This document shows positions 30,964 through 40,677 of a stretch of 64,000 bases of DNA, piece after piece; positions within the stretch are counted from its first letter, which is position 1; each line of letters opens with the position of its first letter. The translations under genes and the position numbers were made by a program. The DNA comes from an uncultured bacterium (GTDB taxonomy: Bacteria; Chloroflexota; UBA5177; JANWHV01). A model generated the notes under the pieces. That model had not been told where the DNA came from. It did not search any database and was given only the letters and a program-made list of their open reading frames with translations. Location of the stretch: assembly GCA_963729625.1 (NCBI GenBank), contig CAVSOU010000008.1, forward strand, positions 128,001 through 192,000, read 5' to 3'.

Positions 30964-32316
30964 ATGACCGTACTGCTATCCGACTATCATGCCACCATCC
31001 GATACCTCGAGGACCTAACCTCGCGACCGATACTTCCGCGCGAACAGGTGGGATTGGTCCGCGTCGAGACGCTGCTGGCGGCGATCGGTCACCCCGAACG
31101 CGCGTTCAGCGCCGTCCAGGTAGCCGGCACTACCGGGAAGGGCTCTACCACGACGATGACGGCGACCATCTTGCGCGAAGCCGGTTACCGTACCGGCTCG
31201 TTTGTGTCGCCGCACCTGCAGAGTTATCGTGAGAGAATCACGGTCGACGGCACGCCGATCGACGAGGTTGCGTGGGTTCGCCTGCTCAACGTGCTATTAC
31301 CTGTTCTCGAACGAATGGAAGAGAACGCGCTGCCCGGGTACAACGGCGGCCGTGCGGCTTTTCTCGACGTTCTGTGGGCGATGGCCTGCCTGGCGTTCGT
31401 GGAGCGCGGCGTACAGTACGCCGTTATCGAGACGGGACTCGGAGGCAGACTGGATCCGACGACTGCCAACGGTGCGGGGGTCGCGGTGATCACGAACGTG
31501 AGTCTCGACCACGTGGAGCGGCTTGGACATTCGGTTGAACAGATCGCGGCTGAAAAGGCAGGCCTGATCAAGCGCGGCCAATGTGTGGTCAGCGCCGCCG
31601 TCGATCCCGCTCTTGGCGTGGTACGGGCCGCGTGCGAGCGGCAGCAGGCTGAGCTGTGGAGTGTCGGCGAGCACGGCGTCGTGAAGATCGTGCCAAATGG
31701 CCCGCATCCGAATGCCCGGTTTACGGTGCTGACTCCCGTACGGCGTCACGCCGATCTGCATTCCGGACTGCTGGGCGTGCACCAGCGCGCCAATGCAGCC
31801 TGCGCGGTCGGGGCAATCGACGCCCTGGTGGCGAAGCTCGGTGTCGCCGTTCCGCCTGAGGCGGTATCGAACGGTCTGGCGATGGCGCGTATGCCCGGAC
31901 GTCTGGAGCTGCTCGGGGAGCGGCCTCAAGTGCTGCTCGACGGCGCGCATAACGCGGCCGGTGCGCTGGCGCTGGCCGATGCACTGCAAGGCCTCTTTGG
32001 CGGGCGGCGCATCATTCTGTTGCTCGGCATACTTGGCGACAAAGACTATAGTACGATTGCCGCTGTGCTCTGCCCGCTGGCGGCGGCGGTTGTGGTCAGC
32101 GAGCCTCCGTGGAAGAGCAGAGCGGGATTCGCTGGGGCAGTGGCGATCGAGGCAAGACGATACAGCGCGCACGTGGAGGAGCATGACGACCAGGCGGAGG
32201 CGCTTGACCGTGCTCTGGCCCTTTCCGGCCCCGACGACCTTGTTGTCGTAGCCGGATCGCTCTATCTCGTAGGGGCTATTCGCGACGTGCTCTGCCCGGA
32301 ATCGTCTGAGCAGTAG
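30964..32316 (+). CDS. folC: Folylpolyglutamate synthase/dihydrofolate synthase
   Basis: VAGTTGKGST, SPHL...RERI, ETGLGGRLDPT, DGAHN, GSLYLVG. Confidence 0.92.
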   Translation: MTVLLSDYHATIRYLEDLTSRPILPREQVGLVRVETLLAAIGHPERAFSAVQVAGTTGKGSTTTMTATILREAGYRTGSFVSPHLQSYRERITVDGTPIDEVAWVRLLNVLLPVLERMEENALPGYNGGRAAFLDVLWAMACLAFVERGVQYAVIETGLGGRLDPTTANGAGVAVITNVSLDHVERLGHSVEQIAAEKAGLIKRGQCVVSAAVDPALGVVRAACERQQAELWSVGEHGVVKIVPNGPHPNARFTVLTPVRRHADLHSGLLGVHQRANAACAVGAIDALVAKLGVAVPPEAVSNGLAMARMPGRLELLGERPQVLLDGAHNAAGALALADALQGLFGGRRIILLLGILGDKDYSTIAAVLCPLAAAVVVSEPPWKSRAGFAGAVAIEARRYSAHVEEHDDQAEALDRALALSGPDDLVVVAGSLYLVGAIRDVLCPESSEQ

Positions 32317-32330
32317 CCGCGCTGGAGGAT

Positions 32331-33158
32331 ATGTTGCCGCAGGCGCTCTCGATATTGCCTTCATTGGCTGGACGATCGCGTCCGCTCCGCATCGGGCACA
32401 TGGGCGCGGCCGGGCTGGCCCCAGCCAATTCGGCCGCGGCGATCGAGGCCGCGCTTGACACTGGTGTCGACGTCGTGGAGCTGGACGTCTGGCGAACGGC
32501 CGATGGTCATTTCGTGCTCGCGCATTTCAACTGGCTTGCGCCGGAAGAAGCCGAGTTGTCCGGCGCGCTGGCCCGCCCGCGTTGGTGGCTGCGTGCAGCG
32601 CGAACCTGGCGGATGTGGCCGCGCATCACGCAGTGCACGCTGGAAGATCTTGGTCATCTGCCCATGCCGCTGTGCACGCTGGAGGCGGCGCTGGAACAGA
32701 TGCGCGGCCGCGCGATTCCCTATCTCGACCTGCGCACGCAGGGGAACGAACAGCATCTCTGCGACCTGCTTCGCGTGCACGCGCCCGATGGCGCCATGCT
32801 GGGCGCCGGGCCACACAGGTCGTTCGCGCCGGAGCGGAGAGTGATGCCCGCGCTGGTGGCCACGAGCGGCATAGCGCTGCCGCTCTTCGATCGGGCGATA
32901 TCGGAGAAGTCGCTGGCAGCTCTGACACGGTTTGCTACCAGGCGGGCACGCCTCATGGGGGCGCAGGGACTGTCAGTCGAATACCACCTCGTCAAGCCGG
33001 CGCTGCTGCACGTATGCAGGGCCGAGGGCATGTTCGTCTTTGCCTGGACCGTCGACGATCCGGTGGTGATGCAGGATCTCATTTCGCTGGGCGTGGACGG
33101 CATCACCACCAACCGGCCGGACATCCTGGCGCAGTGCCTGGAGGCGCGGCGTGCGTAG
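32331..33158 (+). CDS. Glycerophosphodiester phosphodiesterase family protein
   Basis: IGHMGAAGLAPANS, ELDV, AWTVDD, GVDGITTNRP. Confidence 0.85.
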   Translation: MLPQALSILPSLAGRSRPLRIGHMGAAGLAPANSAAAIEAALDTGVDVVELDVWRTADGHFVLAHFNWLAPEEAELSGALARPRWWLRAARTWRMWPRITQCTLEDLGHLPMPLCTLEAALEQMRGRAIPYLDLRTQGNEQHLCDLLRVHAPDGAMLGAGPHRSFAPERRVMPALVATSGIALPLFDRAISEKSLAALTRFATRRARLMGAQGLSVEYHLVKPALLHVCRAEGMFVFAWTVDDPVVMQDLISLGVDGITTNRPDILAQCLEARRA

Positions 33159-33330
33159 AGCTTCCTGCCGCTGTCTCCGGCAGCTCTGCGCGCGGGGCCT
33201 TGGGCCGGATACCCACAGGAGTGGGTGATGGCATGGCAGAGGTGACCCGCTGCCGGGACACCTGCCCGAAGGGTGGGTCGTGCCCCGCGCTCAGGCCGGC
33301 TACCAAACAGCGAATGCCCCCTGCGCTCCG

Positions 33331-33633
33331 CTAATGGCCGTCGGGTCCCTCGCCGAGTAACTGCTTTGCACGGATGGCGAAGGCCACGTCGGCAGTCCGC
33401 TCGGTCGCCCAGAGCGCCGGAGTATCAGGGAAGCCCTCGCGCGCGATTGCCGTGGCCCACTCCAGGCCGGCATCATAGCGCGTCCGCAGCACATCGAGGC
33501 GATCGATCTCCTGCAACTGCTCGAGAATGCGGCGGATCGTGGCCGTATACTCCACTTTCCGCCTGCCCATCTCGAGCTGCTCGTACCAGGCGAGGGCCCT
33601 TGACCAGCGCTCGTCCATCTGCGTTCCGATCAT
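33331..33633 (-). CDS. Hypothetical helical protein
   Basis: Protein-like 100-aa ORF filling the gap between convergent genes. Confidence 0.5.
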   Translation of the reverse strand: MIGTQMDERWSRALAWYEQLEMGRRKVEYTATIRRILEQLQEIDRLDVLRTRYDAGLEWATAIAREGFPDTPALWATERTADVAFAIRAKQLLGEGPDGH

Positions 33634-33853
33634 TCTAGCAGCCCTGCTGACCGCCTGCGGCTGAGGACCTCTGTAGGCTGCCGTATTGGTAGTCGTCCGA
33701 ACTGCCGGAGACTCGTGCGCACTTCCGCTTCGAGTACCATGCAGAGCGCTAGGTCCTACGGTCGCGCAAAGCCTGCGGCGTTACAACGGTCATGGCGCCC
33801 CTCACCTTGCCACCGTACCGCTGGAAGGCTGGCGAGACGCGCCCTCCGCATGG

Positions 33854-34828
33854 TCAGGCGAGGACTGCTTCGGCCTCCGCCGCTGCTTCCAGGCCCAGTC
33901 CATGCTCTTCCAGGTATTTTTCTGCGTCCAGCGCGGCCTTGCAGCCATCTCCCGCCGCCGTAACCGCCTGCTTGTACCGCGTATCGTGCACGTCGCCCGC
34001 GGCGAACACGCCAGGCACGCTGGTAAACGTATTCTTTGGAACGGAGATGTAGCCTGCCGCGTCGAGGTCTATCTGGCCGGCAAACAGCTCCGTGTTGGGG
34101 TGATGCCCAATGGCCACGAACACAGCCGCTACAGGCAGTACGGAAAGGGCCCCCGTCTTCACGTCGCGAAGCCGCAGTCCGGTGACCTTTTCCTCGCCGA
34201 GCACATCCTCGACAACCGTGTTCCAGATGAAGTTGATCTTGGGGTTGGCGACGGCGCGAGCTTGCATCGCTTTGCTGGCTCGAAGCTGGTCACGGCGATG
34301 AATCACAGAGACTTTGCCGGCAAAGCGCGTGAGGAACGTCGCCTCCTCCATCGCCGTATCACCACCACCTACCACGGCGATCTCGACATTGCGGAAGAAG
34401 GCGCCGTCGCAGGTGGCACAGGTGGAGACGCCGCGCCCGCGCAGCCTGGTTTCGTTCTCCAGCCCGATCCACTGGGCCGATGCGCCGGTTGCAATGATCA
34501 CCGAGTGCGCGTACAGCTCCTCGTCTTCGGTTGCCAGGCGAAACGGGCGCTGCGAGAAGTCGACGGCCACGATGTCTTCGTAGCGGATCGCGGCGCCAAA
34601 GCGCTCGGCTTGTTGGCGGAACCTTTCCATCAGCTCGGGGCCCATGACGCCCTCGACGAACCCGGGATAGTTCTCTACCTCGGTGGTCAGCATAAGCTGT
34701 CCACCATTCAGACTCCCGGCGAAGACAACCGGCGCGAGCTTCGCGCGCGCCGCATACAGTGCGGCAGTGTAGCCGGCAGGGCCGGAACCGATGATAATCA
34801 GCTTGTGTGGCTTGGCGGAGGTGCCCAT
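33854..34828 (-). CDS. trxB: Thioredoxin-disulfide reductase
   Basis: GSGPAGYTAA, CATCDG, GGGDTAMEEA, GVFAAGDV. Confidence 0.96.
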   Translation of the reverse strand: MGTSAKPHKLIIIGSGPAGYTAALYAARAKLAPVVFAGSLNGGQLMLTTEVENYPGFVEGVMGPELMERFRQQAERFGAAIRYEDIVAVDFSQRPFRLATEDEELYAHSVIIATGASAQWIGLENETRLRGRGVSTCATCDGAFFRNVEIAVVGGGDTAMEEATFLTRFAGKVSVIHRRDQLRASKAMQARAVANPKINFIWNTVVEDVLGEEKVTGLRLRDVKTGALSVLPVAAVFVAIGHHPNTELFAGQIDLDAAGYISVPKNTFTSVPGVFAAGDVHDTRYKQAVTAAGDGCKAALDAEKYLEEHGLGLEAAAEAEAVLA

Positions 34829-35000
34829 CATTTCTCCACTTACATGTGCGTTGTCTGGCCGGCGATTTCGACTCGCCTGCCGGTATGTACCTGCATCCAT
34901 AGTATCGTACCGAAACCCGGCTTGGATTCGCGCCGCGGTTTCACAGTCGAAGGCAAACCGAGAGCGGTATGATGGGGGAAGGATGATTGGGAGGGGCCGG

Positions 35001-35588
35001 ATGGTTGCCGAGCGACGACCCGAACGGATGACTGTCGACGAGTGGCGCGCGCTGGAGCGCGCAAGCCCCGACACGAAGCACGAGTACTTCGATGGCCACG
35101 TGTACGCAATGGCCGGTGGGAGCAGTCTCCATTCCGGGATTTCCGTGAATATCATCGCAACGCTCTACCCTGTGCTCGGCGACGGACCCTGCAGGGTGTA
35201 CAACTCCGATCTCGCCACGCGCGTGTCGGCAAGTCGCTACACATATCCTGATGTGGTAATTAGCTGCGACGTGTTTGATGCGCCGTCACGCGATCGGACG
35301 GAGCTCGAGGCGCCGCGCGTGGTTTTCGAGGTACTCTCCGACAGCACGGAACGCACGGATCGAGGACGCAAGTGGGACTACTACCGGCAATGCCCAAGCT
35401 TGCAGGAATATGTGCTGGTGGGTACCGAGTACCAACGCGTTGAAGTCTACCGACGCACTGGAACGGGCTGGGATTCCTTCCAGATTTACGGACCTGCCGA
35501 CGAGCTTGAGCTGCAAAGCATCAACGCGCATTTCCCGGTGGCCGCGATCTACCGGCGCACGGAGGTGCCCGAAGCACCACCGGACTAG
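35001..35588 (+). CDS. Uma2/DUF820 family endonuclease-like protein
   Basis: KHEYFDGHVYAMAGG, YPDVVISC, EVLSDST, LQEYVLV. Confidence 0.9.
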   Translation: MVAERRPERMTVDEWRALERASPDTKHEYFDGHVYAMAGGSSLHSGISVNIIATLYPVLGDGPCRVYNSDLATRVSASRYTYPDVVISCDVFDAPSRDRTELEAPRVVFEVLSDSTERTDRGRKWDYYRQCPSLQEYVLVGTEYQRVEVYRRTGTGWDSFQIYGPADELELQSINAHFPVAAIYRRTEVPEAPPD

Positions 35589-35608
35589 TGGGTCACTTGT
35601 CACGTGTA

Positions 35609-35700
35609 TGGCCTTTCCCGGAGCGCGAGAGTCTGGGCGGCCTGAAGGCCACAGTTAGCTCAGCAGGTGAGGCTCCCCGGCCTGAAGGCCTGGGTCTCAG
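35609..35700. repeat. REP/IS200-IS605-end-like palindromes
   Basis: CGGCCTGAAGGCC at 35638 and 35678; the second copy lies inside the CCCCGGCCTGAAGGCCTGGG hairpin. Confidence 0.4.
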
Positions 35701-35980
35701 GCGCCGCGGCAATGGCTGTGAGCAACGCACTTGACCCACTCTAGGTCATCTGTTCGCTCAACGAGGCTCGCGTCAGCATCGCACCTGCCGGGCAATAGTG
35801 CTATACCGCGAAAGCCCGAGGCGGCGTTAGGGGGATACTGACCCGCAGCCTGCGTTCGCCCGTATGAATGCAATGCACCCCTACCAAGCACCGGCCGTAT
35901 GGCGGGCACCTCCTTGCCAAAGCAGGGAGCACCGAATCGAGTCGCATGGCCGAGGCGGGTGGGTCGCTGTGTATCGGCTA

Positions 35981-38497
35981 TCAATTCGCGACGATATTGA
36001 GCAGCTTCCCAGGGACATATATGACCTGCCGAACCGTCTTTCCCGCGATCTGTGCCTGCACGCGCTCGCTCGCGATGGCCGCGGCCTCGGCCGCCTCCTT
36101 CGTGATATCGGGCGCCACGTCCATCTTGTCGCGTACCTTACCGTTCACCTGGACGACGAGCGTGACCGTCTGCGGCCGAGCTTTCTCTTCGTCCCACTGC
36201 GGCCATGGCTGCGTGTGGACGCTGTAGCCGCCGCCGAGCCGTGCCCAAAGTTCTTCAGCCAGGTGAGGAGCCAGCGAAGCCAGCAGCAAGGCAGTTGTCC
36301 TCAGGGCGGCGCGCCGCTGTTCGACGGTAGCCGCCGCCCAATTGTCTTGCAAGTAGTTCTGGTGCTCCATCAATCCGGCGACCGCGGTGTGGAACTTCAG
36401 CGCAACCAGGTCTTCCCCGACCCGCTTGATCGTGCGATGGATCATCGCCTCCCATTCTGGACCGGCTCCCTGTTCCGTCGCAGGCATGTCGACGTCGTCC
36501 AGGCGACCGATCAGGCGCCCAACAAAGCGTGAGATGCCCGAGACCGCCCTATCGCTGAACACACCGCCCTCCGTATACGGTCCGGCGAATAGCAGCGCGA
36601 GGCGGAGAATGTCGGCGCCGTAGCGCTCGATGTACTCGTCAGGATTCACCACGTTGCCACGGCTCTTGGACATCTTCTGTGCCGTCTGGACGACGCGCTC
36701 CTCACCCGTGACCGGGTCGGTGACGCGCTCTTCCTCCAGCACGAGCAGAAGCCCGTGCAGGCGAAGCCGCGTGAAGGGCTCGCCAAACGGCAGGTAGCCG
36801 AGATCGTGCAGGACATTGGTGATGAAGCGGGCGTAGAGGTGGTGCCGGCGGACGTGCTCGATGCCGCCCATATACATGTTCACCGGCAGCCACTTTTGCG
36901 TGCGCCCGGCGTCGAAGGGCCGGTCGTCCCACTCGGTAGACGGGTAGCGCAGGAAGTACCACGCCGAGTCGAGGAACGTGTCGGAAACGTCGGTCTCGCG
37001 CCGCGCCGGTCCCCCGCAGGTGGGGCAGGTCGTGTTGACCCAATCTTCCAGCGCCGCCAGCGGGCCGACGCCCGTGCCTGTAGGCCTGAAGTTCTCTATC
37101 TCGGGCAGAATGACCGGCAGGTCGCTCTCGGGAACGGGCACGATGCCGTCCTTGTCGCAATAGACAACCGGAATCGGCGGTCCCCAGTACCGCTGCCGCG
37201 AGATAAGCCAGTCGTGCAGGCGCAGCGTCGTCTGCGCGCGCGCCACGCCCTTCCGTGCCAGGAACTCGATGAATTGCGGAATGATCGCCTCATCGCTGCG
37301 AAGCCCGTCGAACGGTCCGGAATTCACGATCGTTCCCTGATGCTCCGGCAGAGCGGCGGTCATTTCATCGGGGTCGAGTATCTTGCCGTCGGGTTGATAG
37401 ACCGGAACGATCGGCAGATCGAACTTGCGCGCGAACTCGAAGTCGCGCTGATCGTGGGCGGGAACGGCCATGATAGCGCCGGTGCCGTAGTGGGCGAGCA
37501 CGTAGTCGGCAACCCAGATCGGGATGTTGGCGCCGGTAGCTGGATTGACGGCGTAGGCGCCCGTGAACACACCGGTCTTCTCGCGCTCGGTGGTACGCTC
37601 GCGCTCGGTCTTTCCGGCTACCTCGGTTACGTAGGCGGTCACCGCCGCCCGCTCGACCGCCGACGTGATCCGGCCTACGAGCGGGTGCTCTGGCGCCAAT
37701 ACGCAGTACGTGGCGCCGAAAATGGTGTCCGGCCTGGTTGTGAACACGGTGAAGGACTCGGGCAGGTCTGCGACCTGGAAGGCGATGGCGGCGCCCGGGC
37801 TGCGGCCAATCCACTCGGATTGGAGCGTCTTGCTCAGCTCAGGCCAGTCGAGATCTTTCAGATTGTCGACCAGCCTGTCGGCATAGGCAGTGATCCTGAA
37901 GAACCACTGCTCCATCTCGCGCTGAGTCACGGGCGTGTGACAGCGCTCGCAGACTGTCTCACCGTTCTCTTCCTCAGTCTGCTCGTTTGCCAGCACGGTC
38001 TGGCAGGTCGGGCACCAGGTAACGGGCGCCGTGGCCCGATAGGCCAGGTTTGCTTTGAGCAGCTGGACGAAGACCCACTGCGTCCACTTGTAGTAGCTGG
38101 GGTGGCTCGTGATCACCTCATGCGACCAGTCCCACATGGTGCCGAGGCGTTTCATCTGCGTCTCGCGGAAGCGCACGACCGTCTGGTCGGTGAGCACCAT
38201 GGGATTGACGCCGATCTTCAGTGCATAGTTCTCGCTGTGGATGCCGAAGGAGTCGAAGCCCATGGGTTGGAACACGTCGTATCCCTGCATCTTCATATAG
38301 CGCCCGTAGGTATCGGCGCCACAATAGGTATAGACGTGCCCGACGTGCAGCCCTTCACCGGACGGGTAGGGGAACTCCATCAAATTGTAGAATGGGCGTG
38401 CGGCATTGGCCAGATCGACGCGATAGATTCCCGTCTCTTCCCAGCGCCGGTTCCACTTCTCTTCGATTGTCTTGGCGTCGTAATCAGCCACTCTCAC
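35981..38497 (-). CDS. leuS: Leucine--tRNA ligase
   Basis: PYPSGEGLHVGH, FTTRPDT, GTGAIMAVPAHD, ISRQRYWG, KMSKS; GAGGAGG SD. Confidence 0.97.
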   Translation of the reverse strand: MRVADYDAKTIEEKWNRRWEETGIYRVDLANAARPFYNLMEFPYPSGEGLHVGHVYTYCGADTYGRYMKMQGYDVFQPMGFDSFGIHSENYALKIGVNPMVLTDQTVVRFRETQMKRLGTMWDWSHEVITSHPSYYKWTQWVFVQLLKANLAYRATAPVTWCPTCQTVLANEQTEEENGETVCERCHTPVTQREMEQWFFRITAYADRLVDNLKDLDWPELSKTLQSEWIGRSPGAAIAFQVADLPESFTVFTTRPDTIFGATYCVLAPEHPLVGRITSAVERAAVTAYVTEVAGKTERERTTEREKTGVFTGAYAVNPATGANIPIWVADYVLAHYGTGAIMAVPAHDQRDFEFARKFDLPIVPVYQPDGKILDPDEMTAALPEHQGTIVNSGPFDGLRSDEAIIPQFIEFLARKGVARAQTTLRLHDWLISRQRYWGPPIPVVYCDKDGIVPVPESDLPVILPEIENFRPTGTGVGPLAALEDWVNTTCPTCGGPARRETDVSDTFLDSAWYFLRYPSTEWDDRPFDAGRTQKWLPVNMYMGGIEHVRRHHLYARFITNVLHDLGYLPFGEPFTRLRLHGLLLVLEEERVTDPVTGEERVVQTAQKMSKSRGNVVNPDEYIERYGADILRLALLFAGPYTEGGVFSDRAVSGISRFVGRLIGRLDDVDMPATEQGAGPEWEAMIHRTIKRVGEDLVALKFHTAVAGLMEHQNYLQDNWAAATVEQRRAALRTTALLLASLAPHLAEELWARLGGGYSVHTQPWPQWDEEKARPQTVTLVVQVNGKVRDKMDVAPDITKEAAEAAAIASERVQAQIAGKTVRQVIYVPGKLLNIVAN

Positions 38498-38636
38498 CAC
38501 CCCCTCCTCAGCGAAGCGCGCCGGGCCCGGCCCTCCATCGCTATGCGGCGTCAGTGCTTCCCCGGTGTGACGCACGTAGCCTCGCAGCTCGCAACCGTCC
38601 AGACCTGTCGGACATGCGCGCGAAAGCACGTGCAGC

Positions 38637-38679
38637 AAAAAGCCCCCCATCCGCCGGCGTCATGCCGGGGACGGAAGGC
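38637..38679 (-). terminator. Intrinsic terminator-like hairpin in the leuS leader
   Basis: Minus strand GCCTTCCGTCCCCGGC-ATGAC-GCCGGCGGATGGGGGGC followed by TTTTT. Confidence 0.55.
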
Positions 38680-38994
38680 ATCAATATTTGCACCCTACTG
38701 CTCCTAGGCTTTGCTTGGCCTTTAGTGTACCGGATCCTGCACCACGTACTCGATTGCCGCTCGTCCACAGGTCTGCCGCAACCGCGGCAAGAGGTGCATA
38801 AAGATGCCAAAAGATGTATACTTATTTGGCTGGTCGCGCGGCGAGGCTGATGGCGTTCGCGCCGTCGAAAGCGCAGCTTAGCCGTACGACGATTCACCGG
38901 TACGCTGATTGCAGAGGCGGTCCCTGGACAGTGGCAGTGTGTGCGCAGGCCGATGTGGTCTGTTATCCGTGTCATGGCACGGTAAGGAGGCGTA

Positions 38995-39393
38995 ATGGCA
39001 CAAACAGTTCCCCAAGCATACCGCGATCTTCTGGAGAAACCGGCTATCGCGCACCTTGCGACGATCATGCCAAGCGGCGCGCCGCAGGTGACCCCGGTGT
39101 GGGTCGATTTCGACGGCACCTACCTGCTCGTCAATGCAGCGAGAGGCCGGCAGAAAGACAAGAATATGCAGGCACGGCAACTTGTAGGTCTGGAGATCAG
39201 CGATCCTCAGAATCCCTACCGCTACCTATCAGTGCGCGGTCGTGTCGTCGAGATCACGGAAGAGGGTGCCGACGCCCACATCGATAAGCTTGCCAAGAAG
39301 TATATGGGGGCCGACAGCTACCAAGACCGTACTCCGGGCGAAGTGCGCCTCATCTACAAAATCGAACCGATGCGTGTGGAGATCCCCGAGTAA
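38995..39393 (+). CDS. PPOX-class F420-dependent oxidoreductase
   Basis: AHLATIMPSGAPQVTPVW, GRQKDKN, DPQNPYRYLSVRG, HIDKLAKKY. Confidence 0.92.
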   Translation: MAQTVPQAYRDLLEKPAIAHLATIMPSGAPQVTPVWVDFDGTYLLVNAARGRQKDKNMQARQLVGLEISDPQNPYRYLSVRGRVVEITEEGADAHIDKLAKKYMGADSYQDRTPGEVRLIYKIEPMRVEIPE

Positions 39394-39418
39394 AACATTC
39401 CTGATTCCCGCGCGACTC

Positions 39419-39448
39419 TTGACTTTAGCCGCAACCATTCCTTAGAAT
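39419..39448 (+). promoter_or_regulatory. Sigma70-type promoter
   Basis: TTGACT-18 nt-TAGAAT. Confidence 0.65.
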
Positions 39449-39488
39449 GGCGATAGTCACTCTAGCACGGAAAGGAGGTGATGCGAAT

Positions 39489-39563
39489 ATGGGTTGTCAT
39501 AGTTGCTTCGGTGTAACAGGTCACCCAGTTCGCGGTTCTATGGTTGAGGTGATCTTCGCCTGA
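39489..39563 (+). CDS. 24-aa small ORF MGCHSCFGVTGHPVRGSMVEVIFA
   Basis: AAAGGAGGTGA SD at 39471-39481, ATG at 39489, TGA ending at 39563. Confidence 0.5.
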   Translation: MGCHSCFGVTGHPVRGSMVEVIFA

Positions 39564-39604
39564 CGTGCTGTTCACTGGGTGACAGCATAGACCGAGAGCA
39601 ACTC

Positions 39605-39643
39605 GAGAGCGGGAAGCTAGTGCTTCCCGCTCTCGGCATTTTC
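39605..39643 (+). terminator. Intrinsic terminator
   Basis: GAGAGCGGGAAGC-TAGT-GCTTCCCGCTCTC (13-bp stem), then GGCATTTT. Confidence 0.75.
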
Positions 39644-39811
39644 ATGGTGGCCGAGGGTCGCACTTCGGCGCAGCTCGGCGGCGGACACCGTCTCATCACC
39701 GGCGGCGTCGCAGCCTCACGGGCAGTGCCCCCGGATCCTTCGTGGCGCGTCGAGCGGCGTCCTGCGGCACCCGGGCAGTCATGCGCGAGCAGTACGAGGA
39801 GAGCGCAGACC

Positions 39812-40576
39812 GTGGATCAGTCGTTCCCGGCGCTTGACTGGCAGATCGTCGCCTCCAGGCGCTCCGGCGCCCGGGTTGGCAACGCCGTATTCTACTACCC
39901 TGAAGTCGACTCCACCAACGCGGTTGCGGCCGCACGGCTCCCTTCCAACGGAGATGGCACGGTGGTTGTCGCCGATCATCAGACGGCCGGACGTGGCCGC
40001 CTTGGCCGGCCCTGGATCGCCGCCCATGGAAGCAGCCTGCTTTTCACGGTCGTGCTCGCGGGAGCGGAGCCGCTCTGGATCGCCCCCATGTCAGCCGGGC
40101 TCGCGGTAGTGGATGCGCTATCCCTGCACCGCATCGACGCGCAGCTCAAGTGGCCTAACGACGTGCTCATCGAGGGGCGCAAATGCTCAGGCATCCTGAT
40201 TGAAGTCCGCCGTGTCGACGATGCGCAATGGCTTCTGCTCGGTATCGGCCTCAACGTTCGGTCAGCCGATCCCTCGCTTCCATTGGCAACGCACCTCGAC
40301 GCGCATGTGCACCGGCCAATTGTTCGAGAGGACCTTTTTGTGGATCTTCTCGCGCGACTGGAGTGGTGGCTAGACCAGGCGAAGATCGATCCTGCACGGG
40401 TGCGCGAAGCGTGGGCGGCAAGACTGGGTACGCTGGGCAAGGAGGTTGCCGTGGCCACATCCAGTGAAACCATCCGCGGGGTGGCCGAAGATATTGCCGA
40501 CGACGGCGCGCTCATTCTCCGTCTGCCCAACGGATCGCGCAGGGCGGTGCGCGCCGGCGATGTGACGCCCAGGTAG
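39812..40576 (+). CDS. birA: Biotin--[acetyl-CoA-carboxylase] ligase (no N-terminal HTH)
   Basis: VDSTN, QTAGRGRLGRPW, KWPND, KCSGIL, GIGLN. Confidence 0.92.
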   Translation: MDQSFPALDWQIVASRRSGARVGNAVFYYPEVDSTNAVAAARLPSNGDGTVVVADHQTAGRGRLGRPWIAAHGSSLLFTVVLAGAEPLWIAPMSAGLAVVDALSLHRIDAQLKWPNDVLIEGRKCSGILIEVRRVDDAQWLLLGIGLNVRSADPSLPLATHLDAHVHRPIVREDLFVDLLARLEWWLDQAKIDPARVREAWAARLGTLGKEVAVATSSETIRGVAEDIADDGALILRLPNGSRRAVRAGDVTPR

Positions 40577-40677
40577 CGATTTCCACCAACTTCGCTATGT
40601 TTTTGGCCCCATTGCGGCCTAGCGTGGACGACGCCTTTCCCGTAAGCTGGTGTCTGGTGCGTGATTGGAGGGCCTCA

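Larger units (their letters stand above)
39455..39643 (+). ncRNA. Structured small RNA / small-ORF transcript (candidate)
   Basis: Promoter, perfect SD, several long complementary segments and a strong terminator; family not identified. Confidence 0.5.

Noticed and set aside
36755-38707. 650-aa plus-strand ORF, including a Leu run near 38695 in an overlapping frame
   Set aside because: Antisense to leuS; the Leu codons are on the wrong strand to act as a leuS leader.
39471-39482. AAAGGAGGTGAT as the 3' end of a minus-strand 16S rRNA
   Set aside because: The adjacent sequence does not continue as 16S; it is positioned as an SD for ATG 39489.
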